Source: Nemertoderma westbladi (Eukaryota > Animalia > Xenacoelomorpha). Taken from it: a stretch of 44,834 bases of DNA. Positions 22,541 to 34,835 of this stretch are shown here, piece by piece. The notes under the pieces were generated by a model. That model ran no database searches. It was not told the DNA's origin and worked only from the letters and a program-made list of their open reading frames with translations. Where the stretch lies: positions 1-44,834 of the forward strand of contig JAUCBJ010007788.1 in the NCBI GenBank assembly GCA_032718475.1, read 5' to 3'. The position numbers and the translations under genes are program-made. The first letter of the stretch is position 1, and the number at the start of each line of letters is the position of its first letter.

Positions 22541-23231
22541 ATGTAGTTTTGAGGGCAGAAATTTTGAGAAAATTGAACTCTTAATATTTACGCTCTAGAG
22601 TTCTAATGTGTTGCTGATGTTCTAATGTGTTAAAGTACCTGAGCAGTCTCACTGAGTTTCAGTTCTAAGATTCTAGAAGACTTAATCCCTAATAATAGAT
22701 ATGTTTTAAAATAGCTATAACTCAACCAATATAATTTGTAAAATTGCCCTATTGTTCTTTTTTAAATCCTCTTTTATATCATTCAACGAAAACTGATAAA
22801 AAAATTTCTTAGTCACTATCCACATTGCTACTGCGGATATAATTACAGTGACAGGAAATATTGAATTTTCCTGTATGATTAGTATGCCTTTATTGCTATG
22901 AATAATATATGCCCTATTATACATGATCTGGCATCCACATGGTATAGTAGGCCTACACATTACCCATCCATCCAATACATCTGCTGTCTTAAACGCCCAA
23001 TTTGTCAGTGGCCTAGTGTTCTATTCATTCCGTTTGCATTTCGTTAAAAACCTAGCCTAAACCAGGTGTGTCCACCGTGCACATTATATGTATCTCTCTC
23101 TTGTTACGGTTTTTTCTAATCAATAGTATACGGAAGCCCACAACTGTCAAGGACAAAACAATAATAAAACTGGGACGCAATTAAATAAATTTCATACAAA
23201 GCCATAGAAAGCATGCCATTTCTAAATTCAT

Positions 23232-23578
23232 CAGGGCGAGGCCATTTTGCCCTGAGGGCGTTTTGCCCTGCGGGCGTTTTGCCCTGAGGGCATTTTGCCC
23301 TGAGGGCATTTTGCCCTGAGGGCATTTTGCCCTGAGAGCATTTTGCCCTGATGGCATTTTGCCCTGAGGGCATTTTGCCCTGAGGGCGTTTTGCTGAGGG
23401 CATTTTGCCCTGAGGGCGTTTTGCTGAGGGCATTTTGCCCTGAGGGCATTTTGCCCTGAGGGCATTTTGCCCTGTGGGCATTTTGCCCTGAGGGCGTTTT
23501 GCCCTGAGGGCATTTTGCCCTGAGGGCATTTTGCCCTGAGGGCGTTTTGCCCTGGGGTTATTTTGCCCTGAGGGCGTT
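23232..23578. repeat. Subterminal tandem array of 16-bp palindromic unit tgagggcattttgccc (about 20 copies)
   Basis: Seen directly. A shorter inverted counterpart lies at ~28398-28545. Confidence 0.95.
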
Positions 23579-24533
23579 TAAGGCCTTATGTATATGACAA
23601 CTGGTCAGTCTGCTGCTACCTTGACCAGGAAGAATACCAGTATGGCACTGTCCTACAGTCCTATAGGGTAAAGTCCGGGGTGACCGAATCCGCTAGCGGA
23701 TATTCTGGCCCCTCTCCACAGATTCAGTCCCCCCTTTAAATTATCATTTTACATTATACAGTCAGGCTGTGCTAAACTGCAGTACAGGTACTGCAGTAGC
23801 CTACTGCTTTAAATTATCAGTATCAATATCAGCCTCCCCGGTTCTGTCGCGTTTCGGCAACTGAACAATTACGTTTCACCAACTGCTATAGTTGTATTTC
23901 GGCAACTCGTAGTTGCATTTCGGCGAACTGCAGTCGCGTTTCGGCAACTAGGTCACATACCCTCGTATGTAATGAATGTAACTGTGATTTCACTCATTAT
24001 GTAAGTAAATTATAAATGATGACAAGTTTAAGTTAGTTATAGTTATTGATGGCAGAATTGTTAACTGTTTGAGTTAGTTAGTTAATATTAAATATTTGGA
24101 ACTGGAGTCGGTCTATTTGAATTACAAATCCCGTTTACAATTTCCTTCAGAAATGAAACTGAACAAAACCTAACATATTTTGTTGCTTGTTAAAGGGGCC
24201 TAATGATGCTCACTCAGGCTTACCAGTACAATAATTAAGTTTATAAGGGGATATAGACATCCACTCTGATTTTATGGATCAGACATAATAACAATAATAT
24301 TCGTTTATTGCTGGTTTTGTGTAGGCCTACGGTAATAATCAGTAGTGTTGGAGTAGGCGTGGGTAAACTAATGTAGAACGAAAATGAATAACGGGAAACG
24401 TGAGGCCAAGGTAATAAATCATACTGATTTGCTCTGCCCTATGTGGATACAATGTGATGGTGACGTTGGGCTCAACGCAGGTTCTAACGCTATACTATCA
24501 GTTGCTGAGACGCCATAATACCAACCACCATCA

Positions 24534-26250
24534 GTGTCTAAACCAGAGGCCGTTGTTGATATGAATATAGGTATGCTTCGCTGGAACAATGGTGATGCCA
24601 AATATAAACCTATTTGGGGAAAAAGAGTTAATGTGAGAGTAAGCGAAGCAGCTAAATATACCGATATACTTCCACTCGCTTTAGATACATGGAAAGCATA
24701 CTACCCTGATGACTATGAGATTGACGAGGAGTACCAACTATCTTATGATAGTGGACGGTTAGCTGAATATTTGCCTGGGACGCAAAAGGAATTCACTCTC
24801 AAGGGTTATAAAGATGGTACAGGGAAACAATATAAGAGAATCACACTGTATTTACTCTCAAACTCTTGATGACCCAACAGCAAATGCCAGTAGTAGCTGC
24901 GAACGTGAGGTTTCTCGACCAAGAAGGAAACGAGTCAAGATTGATCGAAATAGTGAAGAAATTCCAGAAATAGTAATTAATGATGAAAGTGTGGGAACTT
25001 CGTGCGAGCCACCCTTCATTTCCGTTTCCGATGAATTTCAGGATCAATTGTCTTGTCTTGAGTATCTTGTTCCTTTGCCAACAACTTTTTTATCAGTTTC
25101 GGAACTCATTCATCGTTTATCAACTTTTGTTGCTGATTCAGGCCAATTCTTTTTAACTGTTAGGAGAGGAGCTCCAATTAGTTGTGTTTTAAGTTTATGG
25201 AGTCGTGAAAGTACGAAATGTTCACCAACAAAAAAATTAATAGTAAAGATGGTAGGAGAGGATGGAATAGACACTGGAGCCATGGCGAAAGAATTTTTAG
25301 AAACGGCTATTACTGGAATTGCGAGCTCCATGTTTCCCAGTGGCTATCCTATAGATTCCATGTCTAATGTACAAAATGGTCACTTCTTCGCTTGTGGCCA
25401 GATAGTTGCAACTAGTTTGGCGCAGGGTGGCCCTGCACCGAGATTTCTTAACAAATCAATGTATGACATTATTGAAAATTCCGACTTCGATATTATGTGT
25501 GTTAAAAGGGAGAAATATTTATCGCCTGAGGATACAAATCTCATTAAAAAATGATAGACACTAACCCGATAATAGATATGACCGATGTTATCATTGACAA
25601 TGGATATACTGCTCCTATACATGTTGAAAACAAGGAGGATATTAAAGGAACTATCATCATTAGTGTACTTACTCGTCGAAAGCTCTATATTAATGAGTTC
25701 TGTAAAGGTTTAGAGTTATTAGGCTTATGGTCTCTAGTAAAGGATAATAAACAAGTATGTGAAGAATTGTTCATTCTTCCCCATTCTGAGAGCAGTGTTA
25801 GCGCGAATTACATTGTATCGATATTGCGCCCTCAGTACTCTGAAAGCTCTACAAGGAAAATTCGTGAAGATGCATTGATTGACTATTTCCAAGACTTTCT
25901 GATGTTGCTAGAGGATTCGACAATATCTGGTTATTCTGAAATCTTAGCAAATTACAGTGAAGGGGAGTATTCTGATGAATATACGAAGCCTGATTTATCA
26001 CCAAGTGGTGTTCTAGGGTGGCTTACAGGCCAGAAACATGTAACCATTAACTAAGGAGTATTTCTACATTACAGTGGCATTCAATCATGATTGCCTCATA
26101 GATAATCCCCAGCATAGTATTTGCTTCCCAGTTGTGGGCGCTTGTGCTCGAATCATAACTTTCCCTGTTTCGCACATGATAAGGCAAGATGATTTTAATA
26201 AACTTCTCCTGTTGGCATTTTGCAAAGGTCAAACATTTGCGTTACATTAG
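24534..26250 (+). pseudogene. Transposon-borne HECT-domain (G2E3-like) gene, frameshifted
   Basis: Consecutive frames 24534-24869, 24814-25554 (GEDGIDTGAMAKEFL; GQIVATSLAQGGPAPRFL) and 25551-26054 (VLGWLTG). A shifted frame then gives FNHDC...CFPVVGACARIITFP...GQTFALH* (stop 26248-26250), containing the HECT catalytic-Cys-like motif. Confidence 0.8.
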
Positions 26251-27137
26251 CTGAGTTGTTATATAGTAACTGCTGTTGTTATTGTGTCCCTTTAGTTGTA
26301 TTAGCAGTATTTCAGTTATTACTGTAGTTGTGTTACTTTAATTCTTAGATGTGTTATTATAGTTGTTGGTTTTTAAATATTTGAATGGTTTTGTTAAAAA
26401 ATTTTCAAAGTTTCTCTCGCCTTAAAATAAATTTTTTTAAGAATAATACAATGTTATATAAAAGTTTGTACCAGTCTCCCGCCTTATAAAGTCACCCGGC
26501 GCATAAAGTTATTCATTTTGCATTGTTTTTTTTGCAGTTTTTTTGTTTTGCATCCAATATTGGTTTATGTAGTTATGCGGCTCTCCAGTTACGTAATAAA
26601 TATTCGAGAACTCTAAATTATTTAACATTGAGTAAGTAAACAATTATTTAACATTCGCTGAGAAAGAATTTGCGTCAAATCCCCCCCCCCCCCCCCCCCC
26701 CTCGTCTCATGAACACATATCTATCCTTCTACTATAATAATATATTGGAATTATCAATTATAAACCATAATTACCAATTATTATAAGGTAACTTATAAGG
26801 TAAACCTCCGGGCTCCGGCTCCGGATGAAATTTTAGCACTGGTGCATCCCTAGTTGATAGAGGTGGAATAAAACTTTTATAATATTATAATACTAAAATA
26901 AATCACCAAGGTAATATACAGTATCTAATAAACTCAAAATAATTGATTGTGATTCACTTGCTACTTGCTTATAATCCAACAAGATGAACCATTTTTTTAT
27001 TTACTGAAGTTTGTGGCGTGGCAGCTCCTACTGATTGCGGTTAAAATAAATAAGAACATACCAAATTAAGTTTAAAGAAGTTATAATAATAGTACCGGTA
27101 CTAGATTATACCATGGTTCGTAAATATTATTCCTAGT

Positions 27138-28299
27138 TTATTCCAGCCCATCATTCGCTATGGACATAAAACGTAGGTAGAAGTCGATACCATCGAGAGG
27201 ATCAGTAGGATCGGGAAGAGATAATCTGTCTTTAACATAATCGAAATACTCTTGATATGTATTTGTATAATTGTTTTTAATGATGCTTTCTTTCCGAAAT
27301 GTGATTCAACTGATTTGCAGTTACTTCAGTCGCGGAATCATTCACCCCTCCACAAGTCAGATAATATAGACTATCAGGTCGTCCATGGACCATAGAATAT
27401 CGGGATTTTCTTATCCAGTGGGTATTCCATGCATGTTTCACAGTATCTAAATCTCTTTGAATTAAAGGGCTAAACGTGTACCACAAGCACTCTTTGCTCA
27501 TGGTTGTCGATGTATCAATAATATCGCGGTATTCTAAATCTGTTTAACATGTTTCGCCACCACATTGATCGATTCCTAGAATAGAAGGACCACCAGCCAT
27601 CTATTCATTGGTTTCTCTGTGACGATACGTACTTATGGGCCGTTGTGGATTCTCTAATATAGGCCTGAATCGCAGCCGCTGTGCCGTTTTCCATTCCCAA
27701 GTCTGTAATTAACTTCATGGGGCATCCATGTTCACTAATAGCTTTGAGGAACATATGAGCTATGTTTTCGGGCGCGTTGTTGGATTGGATGACATTCAAC
27801 CATAGTACTTTCCTACTGTACCCGTCAATACAACCGTGAATGGGGAAACCGAAAGGCTTCAGCTTGTCATAGCCACCATCTATGTGCCAAGCGTAATTTG
27901 GACCGGGGTTGTAATATTGCCTACGTTTCAGTCTATGGCGCTGACGGATCTCGTTTCCTTCGGGGTCTATAGCTCGCAGAAACTCTGCAACCATCTTGGA
28001 ACTCTTAGCCCCTCTAGCTGTAATGTATGCCATATACTCCTGTAACCGCCCAATGAACCTGGCCCTGAAGATACTATCTCGCAAATTCGATCCCACACGA
28101 TTTCCTCTAAGTCCCCTTTGTCAGGATCCCACTTCGCTAGTGAGGAACGCCTTACAAGCCCGTATTCCAGTAGGCGCCTTAACAGAGTACTGTAACTGAT
28201 ATTTATACCAGATAACTTAAGAAATTCTAGAATTTCCTTATAATCAAAGCCACTACTGAAGTAATACCTAATTATATCCTCCTGATTAGTTTCAGACAT
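27138..28299 (-). pseudogene. IS3EU-type integrase-core DDE transposase, frameshifted
   Basis: HTH-like N-terminus (ISYSTLLRRL), GYRSIW, RLKRRQYYNPGPNYAWHIDG.YDKLKPFGFPIHGCIDGYSRKVLWL, TDLGMEN, SSQRNQ and WNTHWIRKS. The C-terminal frame ends ...ANDGLE* at 27138. Confidence 0.88.
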
Positions 28300-29737
28300 T
28301 ATAGGCCAACCACTACCATACCACGGTAATCTGTTAGATAGTAATGGGCAGCAAGGATGGTCATATACATGAGAGCAGTAATATTCCTAATAAATGCGCT
28401 CAGGGCAAAATGCCCTCATGGCAAAATGCCCTCAGGGCAAAATGCCCTCAGAGCAAAATGCCCCCTAATTTTGAAATGACAGGGCAAACTGCCCTCATGG
28501 CAAAATGCCCTCATGGCAAAATGCCCTCAGGGCAAAATGCCCTGATGAATTTTGAAATGGCATGCTTTCTATGGCTTTGTATGAAATTTATTTAATTGCG
28601 TCCAAGTTGTATTAATGTTTTGTCCTTGACAGTTGTGGGCTTCCGTAATAGTACTACTGCCTAGCCTACTTACTGTGTCTATATGTCAAGTCAAAATACG
28701 TGGACAAAATGCTCAGCCCCTGAAGTTGAGCCGGTTATGAAAAACATTATTTCTTTGCAACTAGACGTAACCACACATAGTTTCTTTCTAATTATCCACT
28801 CTTGATTTTTAGTAGTGTAACCACTAAAATGAATTGGAAGTTGCCATTGTTATACAAGGTGTGGTGCAGTAAAATAAAGTTATTAGTGTATGAGAAATGT
28901 ATGGATCGACATAGCATAGATTGAAAGCGAAAATACAAATTCTGACTCACCCAGTAGGGATGAACGAGGTGGAAAGATCTCAGTTTCATATTCCATGCAA
29001 TCTCATTAAGATATGACAGATGTAGATAATTTTTTTCTTTTTGGGGGTGGAGGTCTAAGTCTCTGAATTACGACACAATTATATTGCAGAACATCGTATA
29101 GGTTCGATTTGCTTAAAACAATCAGAAAATTATTTTTATTGAATTTTGTACAATGAAAGATATGCGAAGTTCAGGTATATAATTTCTTCAGCTGAAAGGT
29201 GTGAACCACATAGAAGACTAACGTTCACCAACAACGTTACCTTCTAGTATGTGCACACTGTTAGAAAACCGTCTTTACGCGCTCCACAGCAGGGTCGAAA
29301 ATTATATGGTCGTTGAAATCATTCCTTCACACCTTTCATACCTTTCACACATAGCGAGGAGGGTAATGTAATTTATAATTATGGTGAATATATTACTCTA
29401 TAAACTTTACTACACATGCAATAGGTTTTAATCAATGAAAATTTCATTACATTTTATATGCAAACAATAGATGTATAATTTAATTACAGTTATACACCCT
29501 TGTACTCCTTCAAGGATATACATTATCACTCTCAAATTGTGTTCATGATATGGAAGGAAAATATCAGCGATTTAATCCAACAGCAGCTAAATCATCCCAT
29601 GGAATTTTCTGCCCATTTGAATGTAAATACTTTGTTACTTATACTACTTATATTATGGACCCCTAAAGGGAGATTGTGAAAGATATTTTATTGATATAAA
29701 TAAACTATTTTTTCATTTAAAACAAATTCTTTTTCCA

Positions 29738-30586
29738 GGGGTAAACGTAGAACCAACAGCCGGCAGGTTTTGCTGACAGGTTTTCGCCATCAGCCGCCAG
29801 GTATTTACTGACAGGTTTATGCAGACACATTTTGCCAACAGCTGACAGGTTTTTGCCAACAGGTTTAAAGAAGGACTATCATAAAGTTAAAAGCTAAGAT
29901 TGAAGAGATTGAAAGCAATTCAAATATTCAGTATATTATGTAACTCATAGCTCATATTCGTGATACGAAGGACAACTCTACTAAAGGACTGGCGCAGTCA
30001 ATTATAAGACCCGGCTAGCGGGCTTAATTGGCTGTGCCAGTGCTTTAGTTGCATTGTCCTTGGGCTACCCTAATGCAGTAATGCTAACCAATCTGCCAAT
30101 ACACAATTATCAATTACTGTTAAAGTTATACAGTACCGGTAACCCTACTGCAGTAGGTCCTATAGTGCTAAATGAGACTACAAGCTTGCCAGCTAGAGCT
30201 GGCAATAATGGAAGAATCCATTGCTATCATATTGTTGTACACTATTATTGTACTGTTCTACACTATTGTCACCAATATTGTTGTAAATCAATTATGCACC
30301 TATGGAAGGCAGTCTAATAGCGAAAAACGAAACATTGGTCAAAGTACCATCAGTACAATATACAACAAATGCAATAATATATATATGCTACAGTACCTAC
30401 CTGGTTGGTCTACTTTTATTACATTTTTGAAACCATCTGTCAGTATGTGAATTAATTTTACTTAATTACATACATACATAATAATTACATATTATTTTGA
30501 TTAATTCGGCAAAAACCTGTCGGCAAAAACATATTGGCAAAAACCTGTTGGCAAAACCTGTCATCTGTCAGTTCTACATTTACCCC
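29738..30586. mobile_element. MITE with TIRs and subterminal repeats
   Basis: ggggtaaacgtagaac / gttctacatttacccc TIRs, with internal inverted caggttttgcc / ggcaaaacctg repeats. No TSD identified. Confidence 0.7.
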
Positions 30587-32074
30587 TACTTTTAAAAGGA
30601 TTTACCATATGGTATGCAACAACTGGAAAAGAAGGTGATGTTGACGACGACGACAATCAGACTCAGACACCCAGTCAGCGGTATATATCCAATGACCACA
30701 GCCCCAATCAGTTGAACTCACCATATAGGTGTACCAGTATTAGTCTAGGTCTAGGTACAAAGCCTACTGCGCATACCCTAAATGACACTGAGCAATAGGA
30801 TGGTCCATCATTGCACACATAGTAAATGCATACTGGATAAAGGCAACACTAACATATCAAACCTGGAACAACAAACACATCGATAACAGTGACCCTAATG
30901 AGCCGGGCCCAAGGTGAACTCAATCCTGCAAACAATGATGTTGATAACACGATAGATGCTGCTGAGCAACTTTCTTCTGATTCACCCTTACCGGTGGCAG
31001 AAGATTATCCACTGAGCACCACAAAACACAGAGAGCGACCATTTGGGGATTTACAGTGATTAAAAGCCATAAATCTAAACACAAAAATATGACAAAATGA
31101 AACAGAATGCCTATTTTTTATGGATAGCAACTTTCAATCATCTTGTCACTAACCAACTAAAAACCAGCATCACATATGATCTTGATCCCAACACCAAAAC
31201 ACTTATCAATAACTTAACGAGAGCTGCAAAGCAATTCATTCCCAATTATCTCAACTGGTTTTATAATAGTTGGACCCATGGACTTCTAGAATGTTATTTA
31301 TACCAGGACTGGAAACTAGGTAGCTATAGGTAAAATAAAAATACCAGTGGATGATATACACGTTTTTAGTGATTATTATATTAGTCATAATTAATTTTTA
31401 TATTTTTGTAGGGCTGCATATTATGACGTTTGCTTAAACCAATTATTGTGCAGCTACATAATAATGTGAGTGTGTGTATGCAACATTACATTTATAGTTC
31501 AGATCAGTATTTATGATATACTGTACAGTAGGCCGGATCATAAATACAAAAATGTTGGTCAATTTATTAGAGAATCTCAATTTAGTGGCTTCCAGATGTG
31601 CTGAATCCATTGCTGCATACCGTTTATTTCTAGCACTTCGCTATACTTTGCGTTATTTGCCTCAAAGATCCGAAAAATATCATCCAAACACTAAATGTTT
31701 TATCTACATAGTATTGAACACAAAAACACGTCCAACACATTAACAAAGGAAATTATAATTATCTCATCACATAAGGCAACATTAAGACAAATAGTTAAGG
31801 CCAAAACACCAATAACATAATAAAATAGCATTTAAGAAGTCAGTTTATAAGCCTTTGAATTCTGATTTGGTATTGAAGTGAAGCATCAATTGGCACCATT
31901 TCAGGAGAACCCCAATATACCCATCGCGATCTTAACCTTCAAGGCAGATTCAGTTGACTTTTATTAAATGCTCCACAGCTTGATTGTGGCATGGAAATTG
32001 TTCAATGTTCACAAGAATATCCTCATCGAATGCAAGCCACACTGAAATGAGTATTCGAAATTACTTTAGTGATA

Positions 32075-32238
32075 ACTACGTCCGCATAGAGCCGCCTCTT
32101 CTCGTCTTCGGCAGACACTAGTACGGACATCGGGGCGCGACCCATATAAGACTCGGGGTCAAGGTTTACAACCCGGATGTCTATCAATGCCTGAGTCTGT
32201 GGGTTTAGTGCGCCCCGGATGCCCACGTCACACCGAAG
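32075..32238 (-). mobile_element. Fragment of a CRE/R2-type LINE restriction-like endonuclease domain
   Basis: CDVGIRGALNPQTQALIDIRVVNLDPESY...L.SAEDEKRRLY matches the REL C-terminal pattern. Confidence 0.7.
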
Positions 32239-32344
32239 AAATTAATATTAGTTTTGTGTATTAATTAAAGTAAATGATAATATTAAATCCATATACTTTT
32301 TGATATTAACTTAACAATATTAGATTTATATATATTTATTTTAG

Positions 32345-33283
32345 ATAAAGAACTCGACCTCCGATAACTACATCACTGGACTTAACGAAGCGGCTGATCT
32401 CATCTCCATGGCTGGTTGTATTCACTTATCGTTACTTTCTTTCTCGGTGGAGTCAATCCATGAACTGGTTACAGCTTTAACTAAATTCGTAGTCTTGGAT
32501 AGTTCCTTGGATTCTTGGATAGTCTTGGATGTGCATTTTGGTGAAATTTTGTTAAGAAGATAGGGTTAAGAAAAATTCCGGTTCCGGGTGGATGGAAAAT
32601 ATCGGTTCTGGTGCAGCCCTATAACGGAAATGCCCCCTATAATGTTTTTCTATAATTAATTCAGATTCCAGGCTGGACTTCAAACCTTTGGTTTACTGGA
32701 CGAAATACGAGAAAACAAATGTGCATGGAAACAAGCATATGTGTATTCGCCCCTTGGTGTCACTGCAGAAGTCTCGACACATTTATGATGTCACATATTC
32801 AACAGATCAGAGCAAGCAGCGCAAGGAGAGAAGGATTATGTTGTATTGGTGCGATTTCTTACAGGATTTAGAAGGTAATATAATTGAAATTATTTTTTTA
32901 TTATATTTTTATTATATTTATATTTATCTATTATATTTATATTTATCTATTATATTTATATTTATCTATTATATTTATATTTATTTATCTATTATATTTA
33001 TTTTTTAGAGGGTGAAGTTGGTCCTGAAACTAAGCAGCCTTTGGGACTGGAGGATATGCTGTCTTTTGCAACTGGTGCCGCTACAGTTCCACAGCTGGGC
33101 TTTCCTGTCACACCGACTGTCGAGTTTCCACATGCTGATGATCGAAATGAGTGGTATACCGATCTACCACTCACTAATACGTGTGCCCTTACGTTACAAT
33201 TGCCTGTCATTGAAAACTATGTGAAATTTAAAACAATTATGTTGAGATGCTTGGATATTGTTACTACATTTTCAGCCGATTAG
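32345..33283 (+). pseudogene. Spliced 3' remnant of a second HECT-domain (G2E3-like) gene
   Basis: Exon-like blocks ~32345-32520, ~32665-32874 (FQAGLQTFGLL; IMLYWCDFLQDLE) and 33009-33283 (MLSFATGAATVPQLGF...LPLTNTCALTLQLP). The in-frame GT-AG intron 32875-33008 contains an AT-rich minisatellite. Confidence 0.75.
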
Positions 33284-33374
33284 AATACTGTAAATATTAA
33301 TAATTAAAGTTAAATATAATGGATTAAATCGCTTGGTCAAACCAAGCCTGCTATGATCCAAAATCGAACAAAAT

Positions 33375-33651
33375 CGCCTCCGCTTTGCAGGACATTGCTT
33401 TCGCCGTGAGGACCAGCCAGTGCATAATCTTGTACTTTGGCAGCCTCACGGAGTGAATACGCATGGTGGACAGCCCATGACTTTCTTGAGACGCATCTTA
33501 AAGGACACTGGCCTTAAAGATGCGGATGATCTAGCAAATGTCATGGGTGATAGGGAGTTGTGGCGGTGCAATTTTGTTGACAAGCCGGCACAGCATTCTT
33601 AAAAATGCAGCTGCAATGCAGCATGCCGATCCTAGTAGTAGTAGTAGTAGT
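33375..33651 (+). mobile_element. RTE-type LINE 3' end with (TAG)n tail
   Basis: RLRFAGHCFRR...LVLWQPHG...DRELWR, then a short UTR and tagtagtag tail. Related pieces at ~1099-1135, 6776-6886 and 17901-18480. Confidence 0.88.
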
Positions 33652-33951
33652 GCTATGATCCCTTCTTATTATTCGAATAGAAACATGTATTCCTATATTG
33701 GTCAATAAACGCTGAGTTTCTGAATAAGTATATCCCTTGAAATACGAATCTTCGATTGTAGTACTATAAACTTTATGGTTAGAGTTGTCACCGACATCCA
33801 TAGCAAAACCCAATTACGAAGTAGCCTATCACTGTATCAGCCTATTCCTAAAAGGGATCTAGGGGTCTTAACCTAGAATGATAAAAATAACCTGGTAGTG
33901 TACAAATTTAGGAATCGCGTAATTTTTCTTGAAATTAATATCTCATATCTC

Positions 33952-34004
33952 TCCAAATCACGTACACGTTTCGACCTTACTGGGTCTATCAGCGTGGTGT
34001 CGGA
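33952..34004 (-). ncRNA. Type I hammerhead ribozyme copy 1 (core mutated)
   Basis: Minus strand reads accacg ctgata gacc cagtaa ggtc gaaa cgtgta cgtgat, with one G lost from CUGAUGA. Confidence 0.65.
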
Positions 34005-34361
34005 TTCGAACCTGGGACCTCGAGGTGGAAGCCGAGACTACAACCACTAGGCCACAGGTTCTTGCGATATGGATTATTAATTTCTAAGCCAGCTGCCATT
34101 TTATTAGCCCCTGATTTTTGATTATTGATAGTAAAAAGTGTTGGCAAGCTGTATTTTTCGAGGTGTTTTGTTATTATACATTTATTATAGGAATGGATCT
34201 AGTGGTCTTAACCTCGAATGATAAATTTATTTTACCGAAAATAACGTATCTTTTATTGGCGCAATTGTAGGACTAATCCCATCACATGCGTACTTTATAA
34301 CCGGGTTGTGTACAAATTTAGGAATCGCGTAATTTTTATTGAAATTAATATCTCATATCTC

Positions 34362-34415
34362 TCCAAACCACGTACGCGTTTCGACCTTACTGGGTCTCAT
34401 CAGTGTGGTGTCGGA
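34362..34415 (-). ncRNA. Minimal type I hammerhead ribozyme copy 2
   Basis: Minus strand reads accaca CTGATGA gacc cagtaa ggtc GAAA cgcGTA cgtggt. The core is intact, with one mismatch at the base of stem I. Confidence 0.85.
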
Positions 34416-34724
34416 TTCGAACCTGGGACCTCGAGGTGGAAGCCGAGACTACAACCACTAGGCCACAGGTTCTTGAGATATGGAGTATTAATTTCAAAGC
34501 CAGCTGCCATTTTATTTGTACACTACCCGGTTAAAAAGTATGCATGTGATGGGATTAGTCCTACCAATAAAAGATAAATTATTTTCGGTAAAATAAACTT
34601 ATCATTCGAGGTTAAGACCCCTAGATATCTTCCTATAATAAATGTATAATAACAAGAAAAATAATCAAAAATCAGGGGCTAATAAAATGGCAGCTGGCTT
34701 TGAAATTAATACTCCACATCTAAA

Positions 34725-34791
34725 GAACCTGTGGCCTAGTGGTTGTAGTCTCGGCTTCCACCTCGAGGTCCCAGGTTCGAATCCGACACCA
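34725..34791 (+). ncRNA. tRNA-derived Pol III head (not a functional tRNA)
   Basis: A box TGGCCTAGTGG at 34732-34742, B box GGTTCGAATCC at 34774-34784, cttccac loop, ending ACCA at 34791. The acceptor stem does not pair. Also present in both minus-strand copies. Confidence 0.8.
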
Positions 34792-34835
34792 CGCTGATGA
34801 GACCCAGTAAGGTCGAAACGCGTACATGGTTTGGA
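34782..34835 (+). ncRNA. Minimal type I hammerhead ribozyme copy 3
   Basis: Stem I accacg (34788-93) / catggt (34825-30) and CTGATGA at 34794-34800. Stem II gacc/ggtc, GAAA at 34815-18, palindromic acgcgt stem III. Predicted cleavage after GUA at 34824. Confidence 0.85.

Larger units (their letters stand above)
23129..28647. mobile_element. Full-length IS3EU-type DNA transposon (5519 bp)
   Basis: Termini TACGG...CCGTA and >100-bp TIRs (tacggaagcccacaactgtcaaggacaaaaca...). 6-bp TSD atagta at 23123-23128 and 28648-28653. Subterminal 16-bp arrays and two convergent genes. Confidence 0.9.

Noticed and set aside
23232-23578. CRISPR-like array or repeat proteins (ORFs 23116-23529 etc., 28344-28595)
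   Set aside because: Head-to-tail 16-bp units with no spacers, no cas genes and a eukaryotic context. The ORFs are by-products of the repeat.
27138-28299. Bacterial IS3/IS481 contamination
   Set aside because: Long TIRs, TAY termini, a HECT cargo and the surrounding introns fit a eukaryotic element.
30600-31333. Low-complexity coding-like stretch
   Set aside because: Multiple stops and no diagnostic motif, so it cannot be assigned.
34725-34791. Functional tRNA-Gly gene
   Set aside because: The acceptor stem does not pair, the anticodon stem is bulged, and the sequence is embedded in a repeat.
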